A stretch of 32,000 bases of DNA from an uncultured Erysipelotrichaceae bacterium (lineage in GTDB: Bacteria; Bacillota_I; Bacilli_A; Erysipelotrichales; Erysipelotrichaceae), in contig OW818653.1 of NCBI GenBank assembly GCA_942492995.1, positions 1,860,001 through 1,892,000 on the forward strand, in the 5' to 3' direction. The first letter of the stretch is position 1; each line of letters opens with the position of its first letter. The position numbers were made by a program, and so were the translations under genes. The notes under the pieces are model-generated. The model was not told where the DNA came from and made no database searches. It saw only the letters and a list, made by a program, of their open reading frames with translations. Shown here one piece after another: positions 15,999-23,949 of this stretch.

Positions 15999-16649
15999 AT
16001 GAGAGCAATCATTATTGGTGGAGGGAAAGTTGGTTACTTTCTTGTTAAAACACTTTTAGAACGTAATATGCGTGTAACCCTTATTGAAAAAGATAAAGAT
16101 CGAGCATCACAAATCTCTAAAGAACTTAATATTGATGTTCTATGGGGAGATGGTTCAGATCTATCAATCTTACAAGAAGCGAATATCAATGATTGTGAGT
16201 TAATTGCGGCTGTAACAGGTAGTGATGAAGAAAATCTAGTTGTGTGTCAGATTGTTAAGCTAAGCTTTAATAATACAAAGACAATTGCACGTATTAATAA
16301 TCCAAAGAACATTAAGATGTTTAGACAATTAGGTGTTGATAAAACCGTTTGTAGTACAGAAGTTATTGCGAACTTAATCAATGCAGAAATGGTTAGTGAT
16401 GGAATTAAGATTATTCAAACATTTGAAATGGGAACGATGTTGTTGGCTGAGATTAACATATCTGAAAAACACAAATGGTTGAATAAAGAGATTAAGGATA
16501 TTGCATTACCTAGAAATTTGGTTGTGGTATCAATCTTACGTAATGATGAAGTAATCTATCCAAAAGGTGATACCTTACTCCATGTAGAAGATAAAGTAGT
16601 GTTTGTTTGTGATAAAGAAACAATCTCAGGATTGAAAAAATACTTATGA
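15999..16649 (+). CDS. trkA: TrkA/KtrA-type RCK subunit, paralogue 2
   Basis: MRAIIIGGGKVGYFLVKTL has a canonical GxGxxG. 216 aa; AGGAGGG RBS; the start abuts the stop of paralogue 1. Confidence 0.85.
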   Translation: MRAIIIGGGKVGYFLVKTLLERNMRVTLIEKDKDRASQISKELNIDVLWGDGSDLSILQEANINDCELIAAVTGSDEENLVVCQIVKLSFNNTKTIARINNPKNIKMFRQLGVDKTVCSTEVIANLINAEMVSDGIKIIQTFEMGTMLLAEINISEKHKWLNKEIKDIALPRNLVVVSILRNDEVIYPKGDTLLHVEDKVVFVCDKETISGLKKYL

Positions 16650-16738
16650 AAAAAATAAATGGTTATATTGTAGAAATAGGAATGGTTACAGCAGTAATGG
16701 CTTTATATTACCTTGTGACATGGTTAATTAGTTTATGA
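16646..16738 (+). CDS. Unannotated 30-codon single-TM ORF between trkA-2 and trkH
   Basis: MKKINGYIVEIGMVTAVMALYYLVTWLISL. Its ATG overlaps the trkA-2 stop (ATGA) and its TGA overlaps the trkH ATG (ATGA). Confidence 0.45.
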   Translation: MKKINGYIVEIGMVTAVMALYYLVTWLISL

Positions 16739-18255
16739 GATTAAATACGTCTAGTTTAAAAAGTGTATTCTATTATACGGGTAATACAATGCTTATCTTT
16801 ACGAGTCTTTTCGTATTACCAATTATTGTGGCACTGGGATACAGTGATTGGAATTCACTATTAGACTTTACCATTTCAATGAGTATTTCAATCATTATAT
16901 CGGTTGGAATGATTCTATACGGTATTAAAACAAAACATGGTTTAGAAGGGTTATCATGGCGCCATGGATTAGTTGTTGCGTCTCTAACTTGGATTCTATT
17001 ATCATTAATCAGTGCCATTCCATATGTTCTAAGTGGGCATTCATTATCCTATCTTGACGCTATATTTGATGTCATGAGTGGATTTACGACAACAGGTGTT
17101 TTCTTACTCCAAGACTTAGATCACATCTCACAAGCACTTAACTTCTGGAGACACTTATTAACGTTTGTTGGCGGTCAAGGTATGATTGTACTTGCGATCA
17201 GTTTCTTTGTGAAGGAGATTGGAAGTGCATATAAGTTCTATGTTGGAGAAGGTAAAGATATCGCATTGGTACCAAATGTTAAGGGTACTGCTCAATGGAT
17301 ATGGAAGATTAGTTTAATCTACTTATTAATTGGGACAATTCTACTTTGGCTTCAAGGTATGCGATTAGGCTTAAATCCATTGAATTCGTTCTTCCATGGC
17401 TTATACATATTTGAAGCCGCATGGAGTACAGGTGGTTTCGCACCAAATTACCAAAATATACTTTTCTATCATGATTTCTTGTATGAAAGTATTGGTTTAG
17501 TTTTCTTTATAATAGGTTCATTTAACTTTGGTTTACACTTTGCCTTAATACAAGGTAAATACAGTGAATTCAGAAAGAATATCGAAGTTGTAAGTTTCTT
17601 TGTGTCATCGTTTATTTTAAGTATCCTAGCAGTTATTTACTTAAATAATACAGGTATGTATACAAACGCAATTAGCTTATTCAGACGTGTAGTATATAAT
17701 TTATTATCTGCACATACGACAACAGGATTTGGATCAGTCTATGCTCAACAGTTCATTTCTGATTGGGGTGGCTTAGGGATTACCGTAATGGTTGTCGCAA
17801 TGTTAATTGGTGGTAGTGCTTGTTCTACAGCAGGTGGTATTAAAGGATTAAGAGTTGGAATCATTTTTAAAGGTATTTACTCTGATATTATTAAATTAAT
17901 GAAAGGTGAAAAAACGATGCGTGTCGTGAAATATCACCATATCAAAGATCAAATACTTGATGATACATCATTTAGATCTGCTGCTAGTATCGCTATACTT
18001 TATATTATCTTATTCACAATTGGAGTAATTCTAACGACTCTTAGTGGGTATGGATTAATGGAATCTGCTTTTGAAGTTGCGTCAGTATCGGGTAACGTAG
18101 GGTTAAGCGTTGGGATTATTCAAGCTGGTATGCCGGCTTACTTAAAGATATTTTATATTATCGCAATGTATCTAGGACGTTTAGAATTCATTTCAATATT
18201 TGTACTTATTGGAATGTTTGTTAAAGGAGTGCGCAAATGGTTTCGACAATACTAA
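16735..18255 (+). CDS. trkH: TrkH/KtrB family K+ transporter membrane subunit
   Basis: 506 aa polytopic protein with repeated selectivity-filter-like segments (SGFTTTG, WSTGGF, AHTTTGFG, SVSGNVGLS). Confidence 0.85.
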   Translation: MRLNTSSLKSVFYYTGNTMLIFTSLFVLPIIVALGYSDWNSLLDFTISMSISIIISVGMILYGIKTKHGLEGLSWRHGLVVASLTWILLSLISAIPYVLSGHSLSYLDAIFDVMSGFTTTGVFLLQDLDHISQALNFWRHLLTFVGGQGMIVLAISFFVKEIGSAYKFYVGEGKDIALVPNVKGTAQWIWKISLIYLLIGTILLWLQGMRLGLNPLNSFFHGLYIFEAAWSTGGFAPNYQNILFYHDFLYESIGLVFFIIGSFNFGLHFALIQGKYSEFRKNIEVVSFFVSSFILSILAVIYLNNTGMYTNAISLFRRVVYNLLSAHTTTGFGSVYAQQFISDWGGLGITVMVVAMLIGGSACSTAGGIKGLRVGIIFKGIYSDIIKLMKGEKTMRVVKYHHIKDQILDDTSFRSAASIAILYIILFTIGVILTTLSGYGLMESAFEVASVSGNVGLSVGIIQAGMPAYLKIFYIIAMYLGRLEFISIFVLIGMFVKGVRKWFRQY

Positions 18256-18710
18256 GTTTAATTTTGACACTTCAAACTTCAACCGTTTCAATTAATGACT
18301 TGATTAGTCAAAGTCATGCATATGATGAACAAGCCATTACAATCGAAGCAGAAGTCATATTAGAAGTATTAGAACGTGATGAAAATGCATGGATTAATGT
18401 GAATGATGGGACTAATGCGATTGGGGTATATTTACCGATTGAAATGATTAAAGAACTTGATGTTTTCGGAGATTATAACCATAAAGGTGATGTCGTTCGA
18501 GTTGAAGGAATCTTTACACGTAATTGTGATGAACATGGTGGTGAGATTGATATTCATGCGACTAAGTTAACAATCATAGAAGAAGGTTATACCATATCAC
18601 ATGAGTTATCATCATTTAAGTTTATCTTCGCGTTCATGAGTTTCACGTTGGGTGTTATCGCATTATTTGCGTATCGTAGGTTACGTAAATTCAAAAAAGA
18701 AGAAGAATAA
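18237..18710 (+). CDS. Membrane-anchored OB-fold-like protein, translationally coupled to trkH
   Basis: AAAGGAG RBS inside the trkH 3' end, 19-nt overlap. Hydrophobic N-terminus, beta-rich core (AITIEAEVI...GDVVRVEGIF...IDIHATKL), C-terminal TM segment FIFAFMSFTLGVIALFAY and a basic tail. Confidence 0.5.
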   Translation: MVSTILSLILTLQTSTVSINDLISQSHAYDEQAITIEAEVILEVLERDENAWINVNDGTNAIGVYLPIEMIKELDVFGDYNHKGDVVRVEGIFTRNCDEHGGEIDIHATKLTIIEEGYTISHELSSFKFIFAFMSFTLGVIALFAYRRLRKFKKEEE

Positions 18711-18712
18711 AA

Positions 18713-18742
18713 GAAAATCGTCAAGCGACGATTTCTTTTTTT
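18713..18742. terminator. Bidirectional terminator between the OB-fold gene and glmS
   Basis: Stem AAATCGTC/GACGATTT with loop AAGC, then CTTTTTTT. Confidence 0.6.
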
Positions 18743-20567
18743 ATTCAACTGTAACTGATTTTGCGAGATTTCTTGGTTTATCCACATCTAATCCTCTTAG
18801 CACACTACTGTAGTACGCAAAGAGTTGTAGAGGAATAATACTAACCAAAGGCATTAAATCTTCGTGTACATCTGGAAGAATAAACTCACGATCACTGTAA
18901 TCATTCGTATGTTCTAAGCCAGGACGTCCAATAAGAATAACCTTAGCGCCACGTGCTTTAACTTCTTTAATATTCGATACCATCTTCTCAACTAGGTTTA
19001 ATTGTGTAACCAATGCGATTACTGGGAAGTCCTCTACGATTAGAGATATTGTCCCATGTTTTAATTCGCCAGCAGGATATGCTTCAGAGTGTATGTACGA
19101 GATTTCTTTTAACTTAAGTGACGCTTCAAGTGCCATCGCATAATCCAATCCTCTACCTAAGAAGAAGACATTACGACTATTAACGAATTCTGATGCGACT
19201 TGCTTAATCACTTCTTGTTTATCAAGTAATTCTTGTGTAATTGCAGGCAAACCATATAAAGCCTGGATTAATGATTTAATATCACTTGATTCTAATGTAT
19301 GGTGTATTTCACCTAATTTATAAGCAAGTAATGTAAATAACGCAACTTGTACGAAATACGCTTTTGTACTCGCAACCGCGATTTCAAGTCCTGCCCATGT
19401 ATATAGTACATAATCTGCTTCACGCGCAATGGATGAACCAACCACATTCACAATCGCAATAACTTTTATCCCACGTGATTTAGCTAAACGAAGTGCCGCA
19501 AGTGAATCTGCAGTTTCTCCAGATTGTGATATTATCACAACCATATCTTTCTCATTTAGGATTGGATTACGATATCTAAATTCAGACGCAACTTCTACAT
19601 CGCAACAAATACGTGCATGTTTCTCGATGAGTTGTTTACCAACAATCGCCGCATGCATCGCGGTACCACATGCGATTAAATGGAACTTTGTAATTGATTT
19701 TAAGACAGAATTTGTCAATCCAGCTTCACTAAAATCAATTGATTCATTCTTAATTCTAGGATTAATCGCATTCAGTAAAACGGTAGGTTGTTCATGTATT
19801 TCTTTTAACATGAAATGTGGATATCCAGCTTTTTCAGCACTTTGTCTATCCCATGAAGCGGTTTGAAGTTCTTTATGGATTACTTCTCCATCTTTATCAA
19901 TAATAACGATTTCTTCTTTTGATACAATCGCTATTTCATCTTCTTCAAGTAGATAATAATTACGTGTATAATCCAAGATTGCGGTTATATCAGACGCAAT
20001 GAAGTTTTCATCTTTTCCGATCCCAATGATTAATGGACTATCTTTACGAATCGCATAAATCTTATCTTCATGTCCCGCAAATAACATTCCCAACGCATAT
20101 GAGCCTTTAATCTTCTCTAATACTTTTTTTATAGCCTCAATCGGATCATTCTTTTGGACATAGTAATAATCCAATAACTTCGCCAACGCTTCAGTATCAG
20201 TTTGTGATTCAAAGGTATAGCCTTTACGAATCATACGTTCTTTAATCGCTAAATAATTTTCTATTATTCCATTATGGACAAGTGATATTCTAGCACTGCC
20301 ATGTGGATGTGAATTAATATCAGATGGTTCACCATGTGTCGCCCAACGTGTATGTCCAATACCGGTTGTCGAACCTAAAAGTGGATTCTCATCTAATTTA
20401 ATCTGTATGTTATCTATTCTCCCCTTTGTTTTTAATGTCTGTATCTGACCTTGTCTAAATACAGATATCCCCACAGAGTCATAACCGCGATACTCAAGTT
20501 GTCTTAATCCCGCAATTAAAAACTCAGGTGCTGGCTTATTCCCAACAACACCTACAATCCCACACAT
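18741..20567 (-). CDS. glmS: Glutamine--fructose-6-phosphate aminotransferase
   Basis: MCGIVGVVG N-terminal nucleophile Cys, two SIS domains, C-terminal ...LAKSVTVE. 608 aa. Confidence 0.95.
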   Translation of the reverse strand: MCGIVGVVGNKPAPEFLIAGLRQLEYRGYDSVGISVFRQGQIQTLKTKGRIDNIQIKLDENPLLGSTTGIGHTRWATHGEPSDINSHPHGSARISLVHNGIIENYLAIKERMIRKGYTFESQTDTEALAKLLDYYYVQKNDPIEAIKKVLEKIKGSYALGMLFAGHEDKIYAIRKDSPLIIGIGKDENFIASDITAILDYTRNYYLLEEDEIAIVSKEEIVIIDKDGEVIHKELQTASWDRQSAEKAGYPHFMLKEIHEQPTVLLNAINPRIKNESIDFSEAGLTNSVLKSITKFHLIACGTAMHAAIVGKQLIEKHARICCDVEVASEFRYRNPILNEKDMVVIISQSGETADSLAALRLAKSRGIKVIAIVNVVGSSIAREADYVLYTWAGLEIAVASTKAYFVQVALFTLLAYKLGEIHHTLESSDIKSLIQALYGLPAITQELLDKQEVIKQVASEFVNSRNVFFLGRGLDYAMALEASLKLKEISYIHSEAYPAGELKHGTISLIVEDFPVIALVTQLNLVEKMVSNIKEVKARGAKVILIGRPGLEHTNDYSDREFILPDVHEDLMPLVSIIPLQLFAYYSSVLRGLDVDKPRNLAKSVTVE

Positions 20568-20582
20568 ATTTAATTATCCTTT

Positions 20583-20705
20583 CAATACAGTTTAATGAAG
20601 TATCTGTTTATTTATCCTTCACTTTACGACAACTGTTGCCGAAGAGGCATCCGCCGAATCTTTCGATACTCCTCTTTCCTCGTCACTTTACTAAGCCGGG
20701 CGCTA
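20583..20705 (-). ncRNA. glmS ribozyme (GlcN6P-dependent self-cleaving leader)
   Basis: The minus-strand leader reads A/GCGCCCGGCUUAGUAAAGUGACGAGGAAAGAGGAGUAUCGAAAGAUUCGGCGGAUGCCUCUUCGGCAACAGUUGUCGUAAAGUGAAGGA. It carries the conserved cleavage-site AGCGCC, GACGAGGA and UAUCGAA..UUCGGCGGAUGCC blocks directly 5' of glmS. Confidence 0.85.
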
Positions 20706-20749
20706 TAATTATTGATCTAAATACGCTTTAGTTCTCCTTTCCTTTGCCC

Positions 20750-20778
20750 ATTTTATCACAAGCATTCCTTCATATCAA
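20750..20778 (-). promoter_or_regulatory. Sigma-A promoter for the glmS leader
   Basis: On the minus strand: TTGATA, 17-nt spacer, TAAAAT preceded by TGA (extended -10). Confidence 0.55.
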
Positions 20779-20903
20779 ATACCTCTACACAAGTTAATTT
20801 TCTTCGTGTATAATGATTTAGCAACAAGCCTTCTTATTGCTTGTGCTGTTAATTAACATTTTGTGTGAAGGATCGCACAATCTATCTCGACAATTTAGCC
20901 ATT

Positions 20904-20979
20904 GCGGCCGTAGCTCAGTGGATAGAGCGAGCGCCTCCTAAGCACTAGGTCGCAGGTTCAACTCCTGTCGGTCGCACCA
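20904..20979 (+). tRNA. tRNA-Arg (anticodon CCT), CCA encoded
   Basis: Acceptor GCGGCCG/CGGTCGC, D arm GCTC/GAGC, anticodon loop CTCCTAA (one C.A mismatch in the stem), T loop TTCAACT; 76 nt. Confidence 0.8.
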
Positions 20980-21001
20980 GTGTTATTTAATCATTATGCA
21001 T

Positions 21002-21084
21002 GCACCAGTGGCGAAACTGGCAGACGCGCACGCTTGAGGGGCGTGTGGGCAACCGTGTGGGTTCAAATCCCATCTGGTGCACCA
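21002..21084 (+). tRNA. tRNA-Leu (anticodon GAG), long variable arm, CCA encoded
   Basis: Acceptor GCACCAG/CTGGTGC, anticodon stem CACGC/GCGTG with loop TTGAGGG, extra arm, T loop TTCAAAT; 83 nt. Confidence 0.8.
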
Positions 21085-21094
21085 TAAAACATTG

Positions 21095-21116
21095 AACATC
21101 GAAAGATGTTTTTTTG
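21095..21116 (+). terminator. Intrinsic terminator after the tRNA pair
   Basis: Stem AACATC/GATGTT with loop GAAA, then TTTTTT. Confidence 0.55.
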
Positions 21117-21199
21117 TGTAATTTGACACATAAAACAATAAATCATATATTTAACTTAATGGTTTAGTCGTATATTCACAAAATTTGGGGGAACATGTG

Positions 21200-21511
21200 A
21201 TGATAAAGAAAATTGTACTTTGGATTTATGAAGCGCTAAGAGACTTTTGGCATGAGTTTACATCAAAACCAGAAGGATATGAGTATTTTATAATCTTCAA
21301 AAATAATACTTTAAATAATTTAGATAAGGTAAAAATGAAAGAATCGATAAGAGAATTTGGTTCATTTTCAACTTATGGTTATTCTGGGTATAAAGGGTCA
21401 AGTTTATTAAATGAGAATGATATTAAATCAAAATTAATCGAGAAATATAATTTAGATATGAATGATATTGAGGTCACACGAGCTCAGAACTATTTAACGT
21501 TTATTCGATAG
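21200..21511 (+). CDS. Hypothetical protein (103 aa), no family recognised
   Basis: GGGGGA RBS 7 nt before ATG 21200; uninterrupted ORF; soluble. Confidence 0.5.
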   Translation: MIKKIVLWIYEALRDFWHEFTSKPEGYEYFIIFKNNTLNNLDKVKMKESIREFGSFSTYGYSGYKGSSLLNENDIKSKLIEKYNLDMNDIEVTRAQNYLTFIR

Positions 21512-21540
21512 ATAACTTTTATATAATGGGGGGACAAACA

Positions 21541-22110
21541 ATGTCTGATAATAACTTTTTAATTACACCACACAAATACCATAGTGCATCATTGTTCATA
21601 GATAATATGTATTATCCATCTTCAAACGTTTTAGCAGCTGGATCGATTGGGACAGGGATAGATTGTATTATAGCGATTGAAGAGAATGAATTAGTGTTTT
21701 ATCAAACGGAAATTAAATTATCAAATAAATTAGGAAATATCGAAAAAGGTGAAAAGATTTTTGGGATAATTACAGACGAGATAAAATCTATAAATTTATC
21801 ACTAACACGTCGAGGAACATTTAATTGGCGAAATCCAGAGTATCCAAATGGTAGATATCCAATGGATGTGGAAATTGAGCTTACTAAGCAAACATATCAC
21901 TTTGAAATTAACGCATTAAGTGTGTTAGAACAATTTGCACAAGAACTAAGAAATAAAAATATTAAAGTAATCGATAAATTAAATCTTATCGAAATGTTAC
22001 GTACAAATAATAATGAAAAATCAATCTATGATTACATTGATAGAAACTATAATGAATTAGCGATCAAATACCAATTAGATAATCCTCGACTTAAAATAGA
22101 GGTTGATTAA
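21541..22110 (+). CDS. Hypothetical protein (189 aa), possibly a PH-like beta domain plus a helical C-terminus
   Basis: GGGGGGA RBS 6 nt before ATG 21541, followed by a hairpin/T-run terminator near 22124-22150. No confident family match by eye. Confidence 0.5.
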   Translation: MSDNNFLITPHKYHSASLFIDNMYYPSSNVLAAGSIGTGIDCIIAIEENELVFYQTEIKLSNKLGNIEKGEKIFGIITDEIKSINLSLTRRGTFNWRNPEYPNGRYPMDVEIELTKQTYHFEINALSVLEQFAQELRNKNIKVIDKLNLIEMLRTNNNEKSIYDYIDRNYNELAIKYQLDNPRLKIEVD

Positions 22111-22210
22111 TCGGATGCCAAGACTCACAATGTGAGTTTTTTTGTATAAAATGGTTTAAACATAATAGAAATAGGCGTATGATAAAATACAATATAAATT
22201 GAGGTAAGTT

Positions 22211-23386
22211 ATGAACTTTGATACTAAGATTAACCGCAAGAACACTAATTCAGTTAAATGGGATGGGCATGAAAAGTTTAAAGTAAATAAAGATGCGATT
22301 CCATTATGGGTAGCGGATATGGATTTTATGACACTCCCTGCTATAACGAAAGAATTAGTTAATAAAGCAGAATATGGTGTTTATGGATATGCATTAGATC
22401 CAGATAGTTATTATGAAGCAGTTATCGGATGGATGAAACGTAGACATCAATGGGATGTTAAAAAAGAATGGATATTCACGACGCCAGGTGTTGTGAGTGG
22501 ATTAAATGCATGTATACTCGCTCTTACAGATGTAGGAGATTCAATCTTGATTCAAGAACCTGTTTATCATCCATTTAAAAATTCAATCAACTATAACAAG
22601 CGTATTCCTGTTATAAATGAACTTGTAAAGAAGGATACACATTATTCAATCGATTTTATTGATTTCGAGAAAAAGATTGTCGAAAATAACGTAAAGATGT
22701 TTGTGTTATGTTCACCACATAATCCTGTAGGAAGAGTGTGGTTAGTTGAAGAACTTAATCGAATGGCTGAATTATGCAAGAAACATAATGTTGTGATTGT
22801 TTCAGATGAAATTCATATGGATTTTATTTTCCCAGGAAATGTACATCATGTATTGGTAAATTTAAATCCAGACTATCAAGACTTCGTTATTACGCTTGTT
22901 GCGCCAAGCAAGAGCTTTAATTTAGCCGCATTCAAAGTGTCACAATTAATCACTTCCAACAAAGTATATCTAGAAAAAATAAAACATGAATATGAAAAAC
23001 TTGGCTTCCATGGACATAATACATTTGGCGTGTTGGCCTGTGAAGTCGCATATCGTGATGGGGATAAATTCATGGATGATGTGGTTGAATATATCTATCA
23101 GAATATAGTGATGATAAAGGATTATATAAGCACAAACCTAAGTCGAATTAAAGTGATGGATATTGAGGGAACATATCTCTTATGGTTAGACTTTAGTGGA
23201 CTAAATCTTACACAATCAGAACTAATCGATTTCTTAAGTAATGAAGCTAAATTATGGTTTAACGATGGATCAATCTTCGGTAAGAGTGGTGTAGGGTTTG
23301 TACGTATGAACTGCGCAACACAACATGACACAATTCTACAAGCATTAAATCAACTTAATGATGCGATAAGTGATAAATTTAAATAG
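22211..23386 (+). CDS. patB: PatB/MalY-type PLP-dependent C-S lyase (cystathionine beta-lyase family)
   Basis: MNFDTKINRKNTNSVKWD..., ...LWVADMDF..., ...SPHNPVGRVW..., ...APSKSFNLA (PLP lysine context). Confidence 0.85.
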   Translation: MNFDTKINRKNTNSVKWDGHEKFKVNKDAIPLWVADMDFMTLPAITKELVNKAEYGVYGYALDPDSYYEAVIGWMKRRHQWDVKKEWIFTTPGVVSGLNACILALTDVGDSILIQEPVYHPFKNSINYNKRIPVINELVKKDTHYSIDFIDFEKKIVENNVKMFVLCSPHNPVGRVWLVEELNRMAELCKKHNVVIVSDEIHMDFIFPGNVHHVLVNLNPDYQDFVITLVAPSKSFNLAAFKVSQLITSNKVYLEKIKHEYEKLGFHGHNTFGVLACEVAYRDGDKFMDDVVEYIYQNIVMIKDYISTNLSRIKVMDIEGTYLLWLDFSGLNLTQSELIDFLSNEAKLWFNDGSIFGKSGVGFVRMNCATQHDTILQALNQLNDAISDKFK

Positions 23387-23397
23387 AGGTAAGAACT

Positions 23398-23949
23398 ATG
23401 AAATTTGCGTGTTTATTAGCGAATGGATTTGAAGAAACTGAGGCAATCACTGTAGTGGATTGTTTAAGACGTGTTGGAATAATCGTAGACATGGTATCGA
23501 TACATGAACGTAATGTGACAGGAAGCCATGGTATTACGGTTGTATCGGATAAACTGTTTGATGATATGGATCAATATGATGGTCTTTTCTTACCGGGAGG
23601 TCAACCAGGTTCAACGAATTTAGGGAATGATGATCGTGTTCTTGAGCTTATCCAAACGTTCAATAAACAAGGCAAATGGATTAGTGCTATATGTGCAGCC
23701 CCAACAGTACTTGCGAGAGCTGGAATATTAGAGGGTAAACATATGACGTCCTATCCAACATCCAATGAAAATGGTGTATTTGACAATGCGATATATCATG
23801 AAGATCTTGTCGTAATCGATGGTAAACTTATCACATCACGCGCAATGGGTACCGCAATTCATTTAGGGTTAAAACTTGTACAAGTTTTAGGGTATGACGT
23901 GAATAAATTATCGAATAGTATATTATTTCAAAATAAGGACGTAAAATAA
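23398..23949 (+). CDS. DJ-1/PfpI (ThiJ/YajL-like) family protein
   Basis: LLANGFEETEA..., LPGG..., nucleophile elbow ISAICAAP. 183 aa. Confidence 0.85.
   Translation: MKFACLLANGFEETEAITVVDCLRRVGIIVDMVSIHERNVTGSHGITVVSDKLFDDMDQYDGLFLPGGQPGSTNLGNDDRVLELIQTFNKQGKWISAICAAPTVLARAGILEGKHMTSYPTSNENGVFDNAIYHEDLVVIDGKLITSRAMGTAIHLGLKLVQVLGYDVNKLSNSILFQNKDVK

Noticed and set aside
19429-20731. Track ORFs 19429-19866(+) and 20528-20731(+).
   Set aside because: The first is antisense within glmS. The second is antisense to the glmS start and ribozyme leader. Both regions are explained by the minus-strand features.
22111-22210. T-box or SAM riboswitch in front of the PatB/MalY C-S lyase gene.
   Set aside because: There is only about 100 nt, most of it taken by the upstream terminator and a promoter-like TGATAAAAT. 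No specifier or antiterminator elements, or conserved SAM-box sequence, are visible.
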